From contig CAVRAG010000008.1 of assembly GCA_963718895.1 (NCBI GenBank), positions 768,001 to 832,000 on the forward strand: a stretch of DNA of 64,000 nucleotides, read 5' to 3'. Shown one piece after another: positions 48,128 through 58,464 of the stretch. The DNA is from an uncultured Nitrososphaerota archaeon (lineage in GTDB: Archaea; Thermoproteota; Nitrososphaeria; Nitrososphaerales; Gagatemarchaeaceae). The first letter of the stretch is position 1; each line of letters starts with the position of its first letter. The position numbers were made by a program, and so were the translations under genes. The notes beneath the pieces were generated by a model. The model saw only the letters and a program-made list of their open reading frames with translations. It searched no databases and was not told the origin of the DNA.

Positions 48128-48958
48128 TTACTGCAGCGCGACGAGGATCGGTATCAACCCCACACCCGAATCCAGACTGGACATGGCCTTCCCTATGACC
48201 GCCCCGAATGCGAGTGAGGGTTCGGACGCCTTCATTGCGCAACCCGAGGTCGGAGAGGTCGTGAGTAGGTCCCCCACGCTAATCGGCCCGTAGCTGGCAT
48301 CGACTCTGCAGTAGACCCTGCCGGAAAGAGCCAGGGGCGCCCTGCGGCCTGATGTCTCCAGAGTCCTTCCCATGATGACGGCCGGCCTGAAGAGCCCGGC
48401 ACCGGAGATGACGCCTGCGACCCTCCTGTCGTAGGCCTTGGCGCCCTCTCGAAGCGCTCCGCTGTCGTCCATCACCACGACGCTCCCGGGCTCAATCTCG
48501 ACAGAAGCCGCAAACTCCTCCGCGCAGTCGCTTCCCGTGAGTGTGATGTCGCCCCCCACGGCTATGTTGCCCGCGGCGTTTATCGTCCCGGCGACGTTCA
48601 AATCCGCACTCGCCGAAAGCGTCCCGGTCACGGTGACCGGCCCGTCAAACTGCCCCGCCTGGGTCGATCCCTTCCCGTACACGCCGATGCCACCCCTGCT
48701 GACGCCGGAGACGCCCGTCCCGTGGCCGTAGGCTTCTCCTAACACCCCGCTGTCGGTCGTGACCTGCGACATGGAGATCCCGTGGATCCCGTTCGACCCT
48801 CCCGACCCAGCCACGCCTTCGCCTGTGGTACTCCTACCCGCGACCCCAGTTCCGGAGTTACTCACGCCGAGTACGCCTATGCCCGTGTCCTGAGTCCCCG
48901 TGAGTCCGGCGGGCATGTTTATCGGAGTGTTTGTTGGTAATGCGACTTTTTCGGCCAA
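48128..48958 (-). CDS. Phage tail-fibre-like protein with Peptidase_G2-like intramolecular chaperone domain
   Basis: GVxG repeats, then SDCAEEF, EPGSVVV, VAGVISGAG, ALSGRVYC.V, I.VGDLLTTS...G.AMKA...GAVIGKA. Confidence 0.8.
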   Translation of the reverse strand: MAEKVALPTNTPINMPAGLTGTQDTGIGVLGVSNSGTGVAGRSTTGEGVAGSGGSNGIHGISMSQVTTDSGVLGEAYGHGTGVSGVSRGGIGVYGKGSTQAGQFDGPVTVTGTLSASADLNVAGTINAAGNIAVGGDITLTGSDCAEEFAASVEIEPGSVVVMDDSGALREGAKAYDRRVAGVISGAGLFRPAVIMGRTLETSGRRAPLALSGRVYCRVDASYGPISVGDLLTTSPTSGCAMKASEPSLAFGAVIGKAMSSLDSGVGLIPILVALQ

Positions 48959-49065
48959 CTAGCTTCAAGCAAAGAGACCGGGTTTTCTATTTAAAATTTG
49001 GGCCAAATCTCGGGCATCTCCCTGGCCCCTCGACCCCGTCTCAGAATCGAGACCTGCGCTCAGCT

Positions 49066-51138
49066 TCAGGACAGGGGCACCGTCGCGACGGTGGCGAGAG
49101 AGCTAAGACTGCTGACCATCACCTCGCTCTGAGATATGGTGTAGAGGTAGTCCCCGATTATGACGGACCGGTCTATCTGCAGATTCCCGTTCGGGGAGTC
49201 GCCGTAATTCTGGCCTGCAGGGTATTGGGACACCCGCCCCAGGAGCGTGAAGCCTGTCGAGTTCACCCTGAAGACGTAGGCGCCCTGCCACACAGGGTTC
49301 CCGAAGGGAGGCGGGTTCTGCGAAGAGGTGCCGGTTGACTGCTGGCTCGCAGGGACCTGAGCGAGTAGGACCGGGATCACGGTGACGTTGTTCGCGGGGT
49401 CGTAGGTCAGGGCCAGGTGGTCTGTCAAGACTGGCGAGTCGGTGCCTCGGTCCCCGATCATGTAGTCGGAGACGTCCGACGAGGACCCGTTGGCCGCCAC
49501 GTGGAAGAGCGAGAGCTTCAGCCCGAGGTAATAGGCGAAGTTCCCCGTCGATGAGGCCACTGTGTCCTTGCCCACGCCGAGCAGGTACGAGCTGCCGAAG
49601 AGCGGCTGGAGGTAGTCCGAGTACCCGTTCACCTTCAGCGCGCTGAGGATGACGGGGTGGGCGACGTCCGCGAAGGAGATCGCGAAGAGCGGGTCGATCT
49701 GCTCGAAGGTCACCACGTATCCCATGTCGCCCGCGAACCTCACCGCATAGAGGTTCTCACCGGGCGCGATGTTCCTGAGGGCCGAGACCTGACTCATGTT
49801 CTGGTTCAGGACGTAGACGTCGTCGCTCTCGGTTGCGTTCCCGTCGATGGTCGCGACGCGGCTCGTCGCGACCCTGAAGTAGCCGTTGTACTCGTCCATC
49901 GAGAACTGGTTCAGGACGGATCCGGGCACAGTCCCGACCGCCTGCACGACGACGTTCCCGCTCGACGAATAGGATGCGCGGAAGATGGTGCTGTTCTGGT
50001 CCTGCTGGACGGAGGGCGAGGTGATGATGACCCCGCCGGTGAAGACGTCCCCAGGGATGTCATCGGCGTTGGCGAACATCCTGTAGTCGGAGTAGACGAC
50101 GTAGATGTTCGAGGTCGAGACGTAGACCGTCGAGGAAGGTCCGGTCAGGACCGAGACGGTCGTCTCGGCGCCCGAGGCCATGCTGACGCTGAGGATCATC
50201 GTGTAGTCGCCGATCTGCGAGTTGTTCGGCGTGTAGAGCACGGAGGACGGGGGCAACGCCACCCTCTGGCCGTTCACGGTCACGTAGGGCATCACACTGG
50301 TCGCGTTCCCCTGGTTGTTGAACCGGTAGGAGGGCTGCTGCACGATCGCGTAGAGGAAGCCCTGAGCCATGCGGGCGGCGACGTAGCTCCCCGAGACGGT
50401 CACGTTGCTGATGAGTCTGGGCGACGAGAGGCTCGAGGTGTTGTAAAGGAGGAGCCCCAGGTACGTAGTGCCGTTCGTGTACCCCTGGTCGATGACCATG
50501 AGGCGACCCTGGGCGATCTCGATCCCGATGGCCTGACCGGAGAGGCGCACCGTGGAGAGGACCGCGTTGGAGGTCGGCGGATAGGCCTGGATTATCGTGA
50601 CCGAGCTGCCTCCTGTCGGGGAACCTGAGACGGTGCTCGCGACGAAGAGGTGCGTGCCGTCGGTCTTGACGATGTCGGGCTCGTCGACGCCCTGGACCTG
50701 GACGTTGGTCCCCGTGAACGAAGGAGAGGAAGTAGACGAAACGGCAGACTGGTCGGTTGTCAGGGTGCCGGCCACGGCCATGGTCGCGCTCGACTCCATT
50801 GTGGCCGTCATGGTAACACCTGGAGCAAACATGATCGGACCGCCTATGAAGGACGACCCTCCGTAGGCGTCGTACTCCTGGGCGCTCTTGGCGTTTGCCG
50901 CCATGAAGCTCTGGAGCTGGGAGTAGTTCTGGAACGAGCGAAGCGGTCCGGAATGCGCGTTAGACGAGGAGGAACCGAACGAGGAGGAGCTCGTCGATGA
51001 TGGGATCGTGCTATTGCTCGTCAGCGTAGGAACAAACCCTATCGCCGCCGCGAGCACAAGAACTATGGCTACGAAGAGGACGGGCGTCCTGTCAGCCGCT
51101 CCCCGCCTTCTCGAAATCGCTTCGAGCCTGAGTTTCAT
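49066..51138 (-). CDS. Secreted beta-propeller domain protein (Beta_propel family)
   Basis: TNVQVQGVDEPDIVKTDG, LNQFSMDEY, YAVRF, YVVTFEQIDPLF, GYSDYL, GLKLSLF. Confidence 0.92.
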   Translation of the reverse strand: MKLRLEAISRRRGAADRTPVLFVAIVLVLAAAIGFVPTLTSNSTIPSSTSSSSFGSSSSNAHSGPLRSFQNYSQLQSFMAANAKSAQEYDAYGGSSFIGGPIMFAPGVTMTATMESSATMAVAGTLTTDQSAVSSTSSPSFTGTNVQVQGVDEPDIVKTDGTHLFVASTVSGSPTGGSSVTIIQAYPPTSNAVLSTVRLSGQAIGIEIAQGRLMVIDQGYTNGTTYLGLLLYNTSSLSSPRLISNVTVSGSYVAARMAQGFLYAIVQQPSYRFNNQGNATSVMPYVTVNGQRVALPPSSVLYTPNNSQIGDYTMILSVSMASGAETTVSVLTGPSSTVYVSTSNIYVVYSDYRMFANADDIPGDVFTGGVIITSPSVQQDQNSTIFRASYSSSGNVVVQAVGTVPGSVLNQFSMDEYNGYFRVATSRVATIDGNATESDDVYVLNQNMSQVSALRNIAPGENLYAVRFAGDMGYVVTFEQIDPLFAISFADVAHPVILSALKVNGYSDYLQPLFGSSYLLGVGKDTVASSTGNFAYYLGLKLSLFHVAANGSSSDVSDYMIGDRGTDSPVLTDHLALTYDPANNVTVIPVLLAQVPASQQSTGTSSQNPPPFGNPVWQGAYVFRVNSTGFTLLGRVSQYPAGQNYGDSPNGNLQIDRSVIIGDYLYTISQSEVMVSSLSSLATVATVPLS

Positions 51139-51505
51139 TCATTAGGCTGATGAGCGTCGTTTCTGATTAATAGTTTTGTCCGACAATTCGGACATTCGTC
51201 TGAACAGACACTTCGCACTCTCCCTTCAAACGGGTGGCGCTGTTCAGTCTCTGTTTGATCAGGCGTAACCCATTCACCATCGAACGCCAACCCAATAGGA
51301 CTGCCACCGAGCCCATGAGGAAGGTCAGGGAGAGATTCCCGACGGCGCTAAACCTCTTTTTGTTTCGGATGGCCTCGGCTTCTACCCGAACCCTTCGGTG
51401 AGAGGCCGATTGATTCTGCTCTGGATACGGCAGCAATGGACCAAGACAGAACCGAACCCAGATATCTCTCTGAAGCGCTTCCGGGTCGGGGGCGAGGGAG
51501 CGAGG

Positions 51506-52081
51506 ATGAGACCGGATCGACCGCTGAGCACGAAGGACCTCGTTTTCACAGGGCTTGTCATCCTTCTGATCCTCGCTGTAACCTACTTGGTCGGCTACGC
51601 CATCTACACGCTCCTGGGGCTTCTTGTCGGGTACCAGCTCATCTTTGGACCCCCCATCGAGGTCAGGCTGCTCGGCGCGGGCCTGATCCTCGTTGGCGTG
51701 GCGGTCGCGGCTGACGCTTTCAGGTTCAGGCGCCCGTGGGACGTCTGGGTCTCCACATCTGTCACCTTCATGAAGCTGCTCGGGAGGCTGCCCCTTTCGG
51801 AGACTATGGCGAGGACCGAGCCGTTCGTCCCGCGGGGTCCCTATGTTTACGTGAGGAGCCCGATGTACTTTGGCGTGGTCGCGATCTCGTTCGGGTACGG
51901 TCTCGCGGTCGCGTCGCCCACTCTGCTTCTCTGGGGACTCATCCTTGCCTGCTGGTACTGGTTCTTCCTCATCCCGTTCGAGGAGAGGGAGCTCTTGGCC
52001 CTCTTCGGGGCGAGCTACGCGGACTACCGCCGGCAGGTGCCGAAGCTTTTCCCCTACGGCAGAAGGTACAGACAGAAGTAG
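51506..52081 (+). CDS. Isoprenylcysteine carboxylmethyltransferase/PEMT family membrane protein
   Basis: GPYVYVRSPMY, EEREL..LFGASYADYRRQVP. Confidence 0.85.
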   Translation: MRPDRPLSTKDLVFTGLVILLILAVTYLVGYAIYTLLGLLVGYQLIFGPPIEVRLLGAGLILVGVAVAADAFRFRRPWDVWVSTSVTFMKLLGRLPLSETMARTEPFVPRGPYVYVRSPMYFGVVAISFGYGLAVASPTLLLWGLILACWYWFFLIPFEERELLALFGASYADYRRQVPKLFPYGRRYRQK

Positions 52082-52282
52082 CACGCCTGCCACACCAGCG
52101 ATATCTGAGTCCCCGAAGCTTCCGGGGTACCTACTGGGTTGCAGCGGTCTTCCTGTGAAGGTGCGCACTCTGAACTCCTTCGATTCCCTACTTGAATCCC
52201 TGCGTCCGCCCGCAAGTGGACTAGGTCCCAAACAAGGAGGAAATCCTATTAGAGCTCGCTCTCCGTCAACCGCCAGTCCGGA

Positions 52283-53143
52283 ATGTCGAAGATAGTCGTG
52301 ACAGGCGGTAGCGGCAAGGCGGGCAGGGCGTGCATCAAGGACCTCCAAGCCCATGGATACGAAGTTCTGAACGTCGACAGGGCGGCTCCCGAAGGAACGC
52401 CACGCCCCTTCATGCTCGCAGACCTTACCGACTACGGACAGGTCGTAGGAGTTCTCTCGGGCCCGGGGCTGGGATCGCAAGAAGTCATGGGGGTTGTCCA
52501 CCTGGCTGCCCTGCGTGTGAGGGTTTACTCGGATCAAGTGACCTTCTTCAACAACGTCGTGAGCACTTACAACGTCTTCCAGGCAGCCCGCCTCCTCGGC
52601 ATCAAGAACGTCGTCTGGGCCTCGAGCGATTCTGTACTGGGTGTCCCCTACGACGAGCCGCCCGCCTACGTGCCCGTTGATGAGTACTCGGCCTTGCGGC
52701 CGGAGAGCGACTACTCGCTCTCAAAGCTGCTCTGCGAGGAGATGGCCGAGCAGCTCTGTCGCTGGGACCCCACGATGAAGATCATCGGGCTAAGGTTCTC
52801 GAACATCATGGAACCACACGACTACGCCAGATTCGCAGCATTCCAGAATGATTCCCATCTCCGCAAGTGGAACCTCTGGGGTTACGTGGACGTGCGGGAC
52901 GCAGCCCAGGCCATCCGCAAGGCGCTGGAGGCCCCAATCAAGGGAGCGGACGTCTTCTGTATAGCGAGCGATGACACGGTCATGGCTAGGAACAGCTCGG
53001 AACTCATGGCTGACACCTTTCCAAGCGTCCCCATGAGGAAGGCGCTCGGCCCGGACGAGACCCTGCACTCAATCGAGAAGGCGAAGCGCATGCTTGGGTA
53101 TCAGCCAGATCACAGCTGGCGCAACCCGGCAGACCGCGAGTGA
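52283..53143 (+). CDS. NAD-dependent epimerase/dehydratase, close paralogue of 38197-39063
   Basis: TGGSGKAG, YSLSK, identical KWNLWGYVD and HSWRNPAD. Confidence 0.92.
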   Translation: MSKIVVTGGSGKAGRACIKDLQAHGYEVLNVDRAAPEGTPRPFMLADLTDYGQVVGVLSGPGLGSQEVMGVVHLAALRVRVYSDQVTFFNNVVSTYNVFQAARLLGIKNVVWASSDSVLGVPYDEPPAYVPVDEYSALRPESDYSLSKLLCEEMAEQLCRWDPTMKIIGLRFSNIMEPHDYARFAAFQNDSHLRKWNLWGYVDVRDAAQAIRKALEAPIKGADVFCIASDDTVMARNSSELMADTFPSVPMRKALGPDETLHSIEKAKRMLGYQPDHSWRNPADRE

Positions 53144-53329
53144 ACGGGGAGACCGCGAGGGCCCTCCTGGACTGGCTCGATGCGAAGTCATTGCTTCGGC
53201 GCTGCCTATTCGATCATCTGTTTACTCTGGGCGACTTCCGAGCCTACATGATTGTCTGTATGCGGACCTGCCTCTGCCCCTTGACGCGCGCTCCCGTCCC
53301 TGCGGTCGCGGATATCCGGCGAGGACTCC

Positions 53330-54607
53330 TCAGGACTTCTCTAATCTGTGCTTCTTCTGGAAATTGTGGAAAGACATCGAGTAGCTCTTTGAGACTGCTC
53401 GCGCAGTCCGCGTGCTGACGCCGTCAGTCGCGGACTCGACGGCTTTGTCGAGCAGGTTGAATCCGAGTCCTGACAACAACCCGACTCTCTCGGGAGAGGC
53501 AGATAGGACCTGCCCGGCCGCAACACCTCCTGCAGCCATGCCAAAGCTGAGCCCATATGAGACGCCCTTGATTGTCGTGTCCCTGTTTCTCGCCTCGTCC
53601 CACACATTTTGAAGGGCTTCCGTGAGTTCTGCTGAAGTCGAATTGATCACGTCGAGCTTCGAATCCGAGACCGCCGAGCCTAGGTCGCCTACGAGACGCG
53701 TCACGTCCTCGTGTCCGTAGAGGGCGGCGACGTCCCTGCACGCTTCGAGGCTTTCAGGTGCAAGCGTGACCGACTTCATCAGGGACGCCCCAATTTCGCA
53801 CGGGAATTGATCGCTAACCGAGTTCGTATCGGACCCGGAAAGCCTCTTCATGCCCTTGAGATAATCCCACGAGAAGCAGTATACGCCCTTCAGCGGGTCG
53901 AACATAGGACCCTGGACAAACTGGTTGTAGAGGTACAGAATCCGGTGCGCGCGGGGCGCATCCGAGAGTATGCATTCGTCAATCTGGGCCACGACCTTCT
54001 GGTATCCCAACAGTTTGAGCACTGAGTAGGCGGACCGTACCACGTCGTAGTTCTGGAGGGCATACTCACGGTCAAGGCCTGCGCTGGCCAGGTTCGCCTT
54101 AATCAGGGGCCAGAGGGAGAAAGCCGCCATCGTGTCAAACTCGATGTTCGATCTCTTCAGTGATGCCTCTTCAAAGACGGCAGAGGGCGGGATCGCTCGA
54201 ACGACGGGAGGCCGGAGCTCGTTCAGGAGAGGGTCCAGGTAATCCATGCCGGCAAACTGGGTCGGTCGAGCGGCCAACGTGAACTGGACCTGCCCCGTCT
54301 CTTTGCAGAAGTCGACCAGGCGAGCTATCTCTGAGACTTCAAACCGGTGCACCTTGGAGAAACTCTCGCGCTGAGTTGGGAATATCGGGATGATGAGCGA
54401 GCCAAAGATCGGGACCTGCGGCCAAAGACTCGAGTCGACGGCGCGCTTGGCGACCGGCCCGGTCAACCGCCTGAATCGCTCTGGACTTGGGTATTGGCTG
54501 ACTTCGCCTTTCTCCAGCTGTTTGACAAAGACATCAAATTGCTCGCTTTCGTCACTCTCGTAGTCTCTCAGCTTCTCGACGTTCAGTTCTATCGCTCCCC
54601 AGACCAT
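53330..54607 (-). CDS. Hypothetical protein with Gly-rich hydrophobic C-terminal hairpin
   Basis: 425-aa ORF; no family recognised. Confidence 0.75.
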   Translation of the reverse strand: MVWGAIELNVEKLRDYESDESEQFDVFVKQLEKGEVSQYPSPERFRRLTGPVAKRAVDSSLWPQVPIFGSLIIPIFPTQRESFSKVHRFEVSEIARLVDFCKETGQVQFTLAARPTQFAGMDYLDPLLNELRPPVVRAIPPSAVFEEASLKRSNIEFDTMAAFSLWPLIKANLASAGLDREYALQNYDVVRSAYSVLKLLGYQKVVAQIDECILSDAPRAHRILYLYNQFVQGPMFDPLKGVYCFSWDYLKGMKRLSGSDTNSVSDQFPCEIGASLMKSVTLAPESLEACRDVAALYGHEDVTRLVGDLGSAVSDSKLDVINSTSAELTEALQNVWDEARNRDTTIKGVSYGLSFGMAAGGVAAGQVLSASPERVGLLSGLGFNLLDKAVESATDGVSTRTARAVSKSYSMSFHNFQKKHRLEKS

Positions 54608-54831
54608 GTCTTGAAAGCCGACTTTAGGCTTCCGTAGCGGAATAGCAGGCTAACACCATCGGACTGGCTGTGAGCCGCTGGATGTGCGTCCCTTCGCCGC
54701 TCCCGCGCAGAGCACGGCCACAACCTGCCGCGAGTGCCTTGTGCCCGCGGGTTCTCGAGGAAGGGGGTCCGGGTTTGACAGCGCTGCCGAACTCGTCGCG
54801 GCCCTTAAATAAAGTGAGAAGGCGCCCTCGA

Positions 54832-55296
54832 TTGGGCGAATCGGAATTGTTCTGCCCGAACTGCGGCAACGCAGTCGAGGAAGGCAACGCCTTCTGCCCC
54901 AATTGTGGGGCCCAGATTACGGGGAGTCCTGTAACCTCTGGAGCGCCGAACGCAGAGAAATATTCGCCGACGGCAAAGACAAGACCAAGAACCGGGTACC
55001 TTCTCAGCCTGGTTGGAGGAGCCCTCACACTTCTGAGCGGCATCGGCTATCTCGTCCTCGGAAACCCGGTCGCGGGGGTTCTCGGAATCATCTTCGGCAT
55101 CCTGATCATAACTCTATCACGGAGGTTGCACATGATAACAGACAGGAAGGAGATGGGGCTCTTTGGCTTCGTACCGTTCTTAATCGGGTGGTTTCTCCTG
55201 ATAGCCAGCGGAACCTTGCTTCCTTTCGACCTTGTGGTCAGCATCGCCGGCTTTCTCACGATAGTCGGCAGTTCCGGCATGTTCGCTGGAAAATAG
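54832..55296 (+). CDS. Zinc-ribbon + 4 TM membrane protein
   Basis: FCPNCG...FCPNCG; TTAAATAAA upstream of the TTG. Confidence 0.8.
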   Translation: MGESELFCPNCGNAVEEGNAFCPNCGAQITGSPVTSGAPNAEKYSPTAKTRPRTGYLLSLVGGALTLLSGIGYLVLGNPVAGVLGIIFGILIITLSRRLHMITDRKEMGLFGFVPFLIGWFLLIASGTLLPFDLVVSIAGFLTIVGSSGMFAGK

Positions 55297-55380
55297 ACTC
55301 CGAAGAGTCACACAGACAAAGACGCGGTAGCAGAGAAGATTATTTATCGCTCGCATCCCTAAGAAAGGTAAGGAGATTCA

Positions 55381-56490
55381 ATTAAAATCACGAGGATTTC
55401 GGTGTACAGGGTAGACCTCCCCGTGGCCGAGGGGAGCTACAACTTCTCCGGCGGCAAGTCCGTCGCGGTCTTCGATTCGACCGTCGTCTCGGTGGAGACC
55501 GACGCGGGCATCGTCGGATACGGAGAGTTCTGCCCTCTCGGTTCTGCATACCTCCCCGCCTTCCCGGAGGGGGCGCGCGTGGGCATCGCTAGGCTCGCGC
55601 CCGCCCTGATAGGTGCCGACCCTACACAGCTCTCAGCCCTCAACGAGCTGATGGACGGCGAGCTCCTTGGGCACCCGTACGTCAAGGCGCCGCTCGACAT
55701 GGCCTGCTGGGACATCCTCGGCAAGGCCTCTGGGCTCCCCGTCTGCGTCCTGATGGGCGGCCGCTACGGGCCGGACATGCCCCTCTATCGTGCCATCTCC
55801 CAGGGTACTCCGGCTGAGATGGCGCGGAAGGTGGCCCGCTACGGCAGGGAGGGCTACAGGAAGTTCCAGCTCAAGGTCGGCGGGAGCGTGGAGGACGACA
55901 TCGGGAGGATAAGGGCCGTTGCCGCGGCGGCTCGCCCGGGGGACGTGGTGATCGCCGATGCCAACACGGGCTGGCTGACCCACGAGGCGATGGAGGTCCT
56001 GAACGCGACGAAGGACCTGCGGTATTACGTCGAGCAGCCGTGCAGGACCTATGAGGAGTGCCTCTCGGTGCGGAGGAGAACGGATAGGCCATTCATCCTG
56101 GACGAGGTCATCGACGGTGTGGTCCCACTCGTGAGGGCCTTCGGAGACTCCGCTGCAGACGTCGTCAACCTGAAGATATCGAAGGTGGGAGGCTTGACCC
56201 GTGCGAAGCAGATACGCGATCTATGCGTCTCTCTGGGGATAGCCCTGACCATCGAGGACACCTGGGGGTCCGACATCCTGACCGCAGCCATAGCGCACCT
56301 CGCGCACAGCACCCCGCCGCGCTTCCTTTTCTCGACAACCGACTTCAACAGCTACGGCACCGTCAAGACGGCAGATGGGGCCCCGAGGAGGAAGGAGGGT
56401 CGGTTCGCTGCCTCCACGGAACCTGGCCTCGGGATAACGCCGATCAAGAAGGTTCTGGGAGAGCCGGTCGCAGAGTACTCGAAGGAGTAA
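55381..56490 (+). CDS. Mandelate racemase/muconate lactonising family enzyme (cis-3-hydroxy-L-proline dehydratase / hydroxyproline-betaine epimerase-like)
   Basis: [46 protein letters not shown]; candidate ATT start. Confidence 0.88.
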   Translation: MKITRISVYRVDLPVAEGSYNFSGGKSVAVFDSTVVSVETDAGIVGYGEFCPLGSAYLPAFPEGARVGIARLAPALIGADPTQLSALNELMDGELLGHPYVKAPLDMACWDILGKASGLPVCVLMGGRYGPDMPLYRAISQGTPAEMARKVARYGREGYRKFQLKVGGSVEDDIGRIRAVAAAARPGDVVIADANTGWLTHEAMEVLNATKDLRYYVEQPCRTYEECLSVRRRTDRPFILDEVIDGVVPLVRAFGDSAADVVNLKISKVGGLTRAKQIRDLCVSLGIALTIEDTWGSDILTAAIAHLAHSTPPRFLFSTTDFNSYGTVKTADGAPRRKEGRFAASTEPGLGITPIKKVLGEPVAEYSKE

Positions 56491-56610
56491 CGGAGATTGA
56501 TAATCGATAGGTCACTTCGTGCGGTGTTGTGATTCTTCGGAAATCTTGCGATCTTCCCCGTGAACCTGTATATAGCACGGCTCCTCGGAAGAGTCAGGTA
56601 ATCACGAAGA

Positions 56611-57009
56611 ATGGAAAAGCCCTCAACCGTCTCAGACCCGTTCACGCCCCCGACTGACCTGATCATGGTCACGACGCCGTTCGTATCTGGATATCGCGTG
56701 ACCCGTGTCATCGGTGCGACGTTTGGGCTGATCGTGAGGTCCCGAGGGCTGGGACAGAACGTCTTTGCCTACTTCCGTGCGTGGGGTGGCGGGGAGATCA
56801 AGGTGTACACCACTCTCCTCGAGCAAGTGCGTCATCAGGCCCTGCAGCGGCTCGCCGATCATGCCAGGAGCCTTGGGGCGAACGCGGTCGTCTCGATCGG
56901 ATTTGACACGTCGGAGATGGGCGGGTCGATGACAGAGGTTCTCGCCTATGGGACGGCGGTGGTCGTGGAGCCTGACGGGTCACCTGCACAGCCGGTCGCG
57001 CTCCGCTGA
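56611..57009 (+). CDS. YbjQ/UPF0145 family protein
   Basis: GLIVRSR..GGEI..Y, LGANAVV, EVLAYGTAV. Confidence 0.92.
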   Translation: MEKPSTVSDPFTPPTDLIMVTTPFVSGYRVTRVIGATFGLIVRSRGLGQNVFAYFRAWGGGEIKVYTTLLEQVRHQALQRLADHARSLGANAVVSIGFDTSEMGGSMTEVLAYGTAVVVEPDGSPAQPVALR

Positions 57010-57067
57010 GATAGCCCGCGGTTGCAACCTACATCTTTGAGATAGGCAGTTCGGAGAGACTGACCGA

Positions 57068-57225
57068 CTACCCGAGCGCTACCCTTCGCAGTCCCGCTAT
57101 CTTGTCGAACTCTCTGTCGGTGGAGACAATCTCGCCGTCGTGCTCAGTTGCCTCGGCCGCGATGAGGGAATCGAAGTAGTCCAGGCCAAACTGCTGCTCG
57201 TAGAGCGCCGCGAGGTAGACCGTGC
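57068..57225 (-). pseudogene. C-terminal remnant of a PIN/VapC toxin
   Basis: GLDYFDSLIAA...IVSTDREFDKI.GL; N-terminal Asp region absent. Confidence 0.7.
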
Positions 57226-57426
57226 GCGGACCGATTGGGTGGGTCGATGAGGCGGCGGCTCTCGACGGCGCTTGGGTCCGATGGAGTCTGGGTGCTCGAT
57301 GTGCCCGTCGACACCAAGGAGAACTCGCTGCTCTCAGGGCGCCTCGGGGAGAAGGTCGTCTGCCCGGGCGAGCGACAATCCTGAATTGAGCCCCCCGCAT
57401 GCGAGACTGGCTGTCGATGGTGCGTC

Positions 57427-57756
57427 TCAGAGGATGGCCTGAAGTTCCTGAAGCATCTTACGCGTTCTCGTTGTACACCGATTTGACGCTCTCGGGACGC
57501 CTCCTCTGCATCACATAGGACGCGCCCAGCATTGCGATGCCCGGGACGTCGGCGATGGGCCCGAGGGGATCGGAGAGAGGAGCACCGCGACGCCTGCCTT
57601 CCTCAGATTCGCTGAGACCGAGTTTGGTCTCACGACCTGGCTGAGTCTCCTCCTGGTCTCGGTCTGGGCCATGCCACCTGCTACCTGCGCCCTATCCTGG
57701 GCGGTCCTTGCGAGAGCGCTTGCTCCTGCTTTAACCAGCCTCGCCCGGCCTTTCAT
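57427..57756 (-). pseudogene. Small membrane-associated hypothetical protein with two compensating frameshifts
   Basis: LRKAGVAVLLS / DPLGPIADVPGIAMLGASYVM / RKMLQELQAIL can be joined across frames. Confidence 0.35.
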
Positions 57757-57896
57757 CGGCGGTCGTCCGGGCCTCGCCCGGTTAATCTAGGCTGGTCAAC
57801 AGTTCTTGTCGACCCGCTCAGTTACGGCAACGCAGGAGCTGGTCCACTCGGGCCTTCTGGTCTCCAGCCCTGCCGAACTCCCCCGTCGGGAATCCT

Positions 57897-58464
57897 TCAC
57901 CCAACGACCGAGGTGCCGACCAGCTTGTCGCTGAACTTCTGGTTGTACTGTTTCGAGGTGGCCAGACCGACGATGACGTCGAGGAGCAGCAGGATCCAGG
58001 TAGATCTTGCTCACGTTCCTCACCAGGGACTCGATGAGGGTGGGGTTCCCTCCTTTGGGGCCGACGACCTTCAGGTGCATCGCATGCTTGCCGACTGTCG
58101 CTCCCCTCGTCACCTCTGCCACGATGAAGTAGAGGAACAGGATGACCCCGGCTACAACCGCGAACGCCCCTGCGAAAAAGGAAGTCACGCCGGCTGATCC
58201 CGACAGGGCGAAGCTGGGAATCGCAACCGCTACTGCGACCACGACAAGGATGACGCCGACGATGACGGCATCGATGACGAAAGCCACGAAACGTCTTAGC
58301 CAGTAGTTCTGGGCGCCGGACTCTTTCATCAGCGCGTCGACGCCGCTCAGAGGGGCGGTTGTGGGGCCCGAGGCCTGTCCGACGGGAGCGCCGCAATTCG
58401 GGCAGAATGTGGACCCGGGCTGCAGCTGCGCTCCGCACTTACTGCAGAATTGGTTCTCCGACAT
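57897..58464 (-). CDS. Zinc-ribbon + RDD family protein, +1 frameshift near 57999
   Basis: FCSKCG..FCPNCG; WLRRFVAFVID; GATVGK; restored C-terminus QKFSDKLVGTSVVG. Confidence 0.85.

Noticed and set aside
3593-48958. Integrated provirus
   Set aside because: No integrase, terminase, capsid, portal or att-like repeats seen; the phage-like genes are isolated among cellular genes.
51167-52537. 456-aa minus-strand ORF
   Set aside because: Antisense to the methyltransferase and SDR genes; composition is not protein-like.
44932-56490. proC plus hydroxyproline-dehydratase-like gene as one catabolic pathway
   Set aside because: They are 10 kb apart, on opposite strands, with no linking transporter or racemase; substrate cannot be assigned from sequence.
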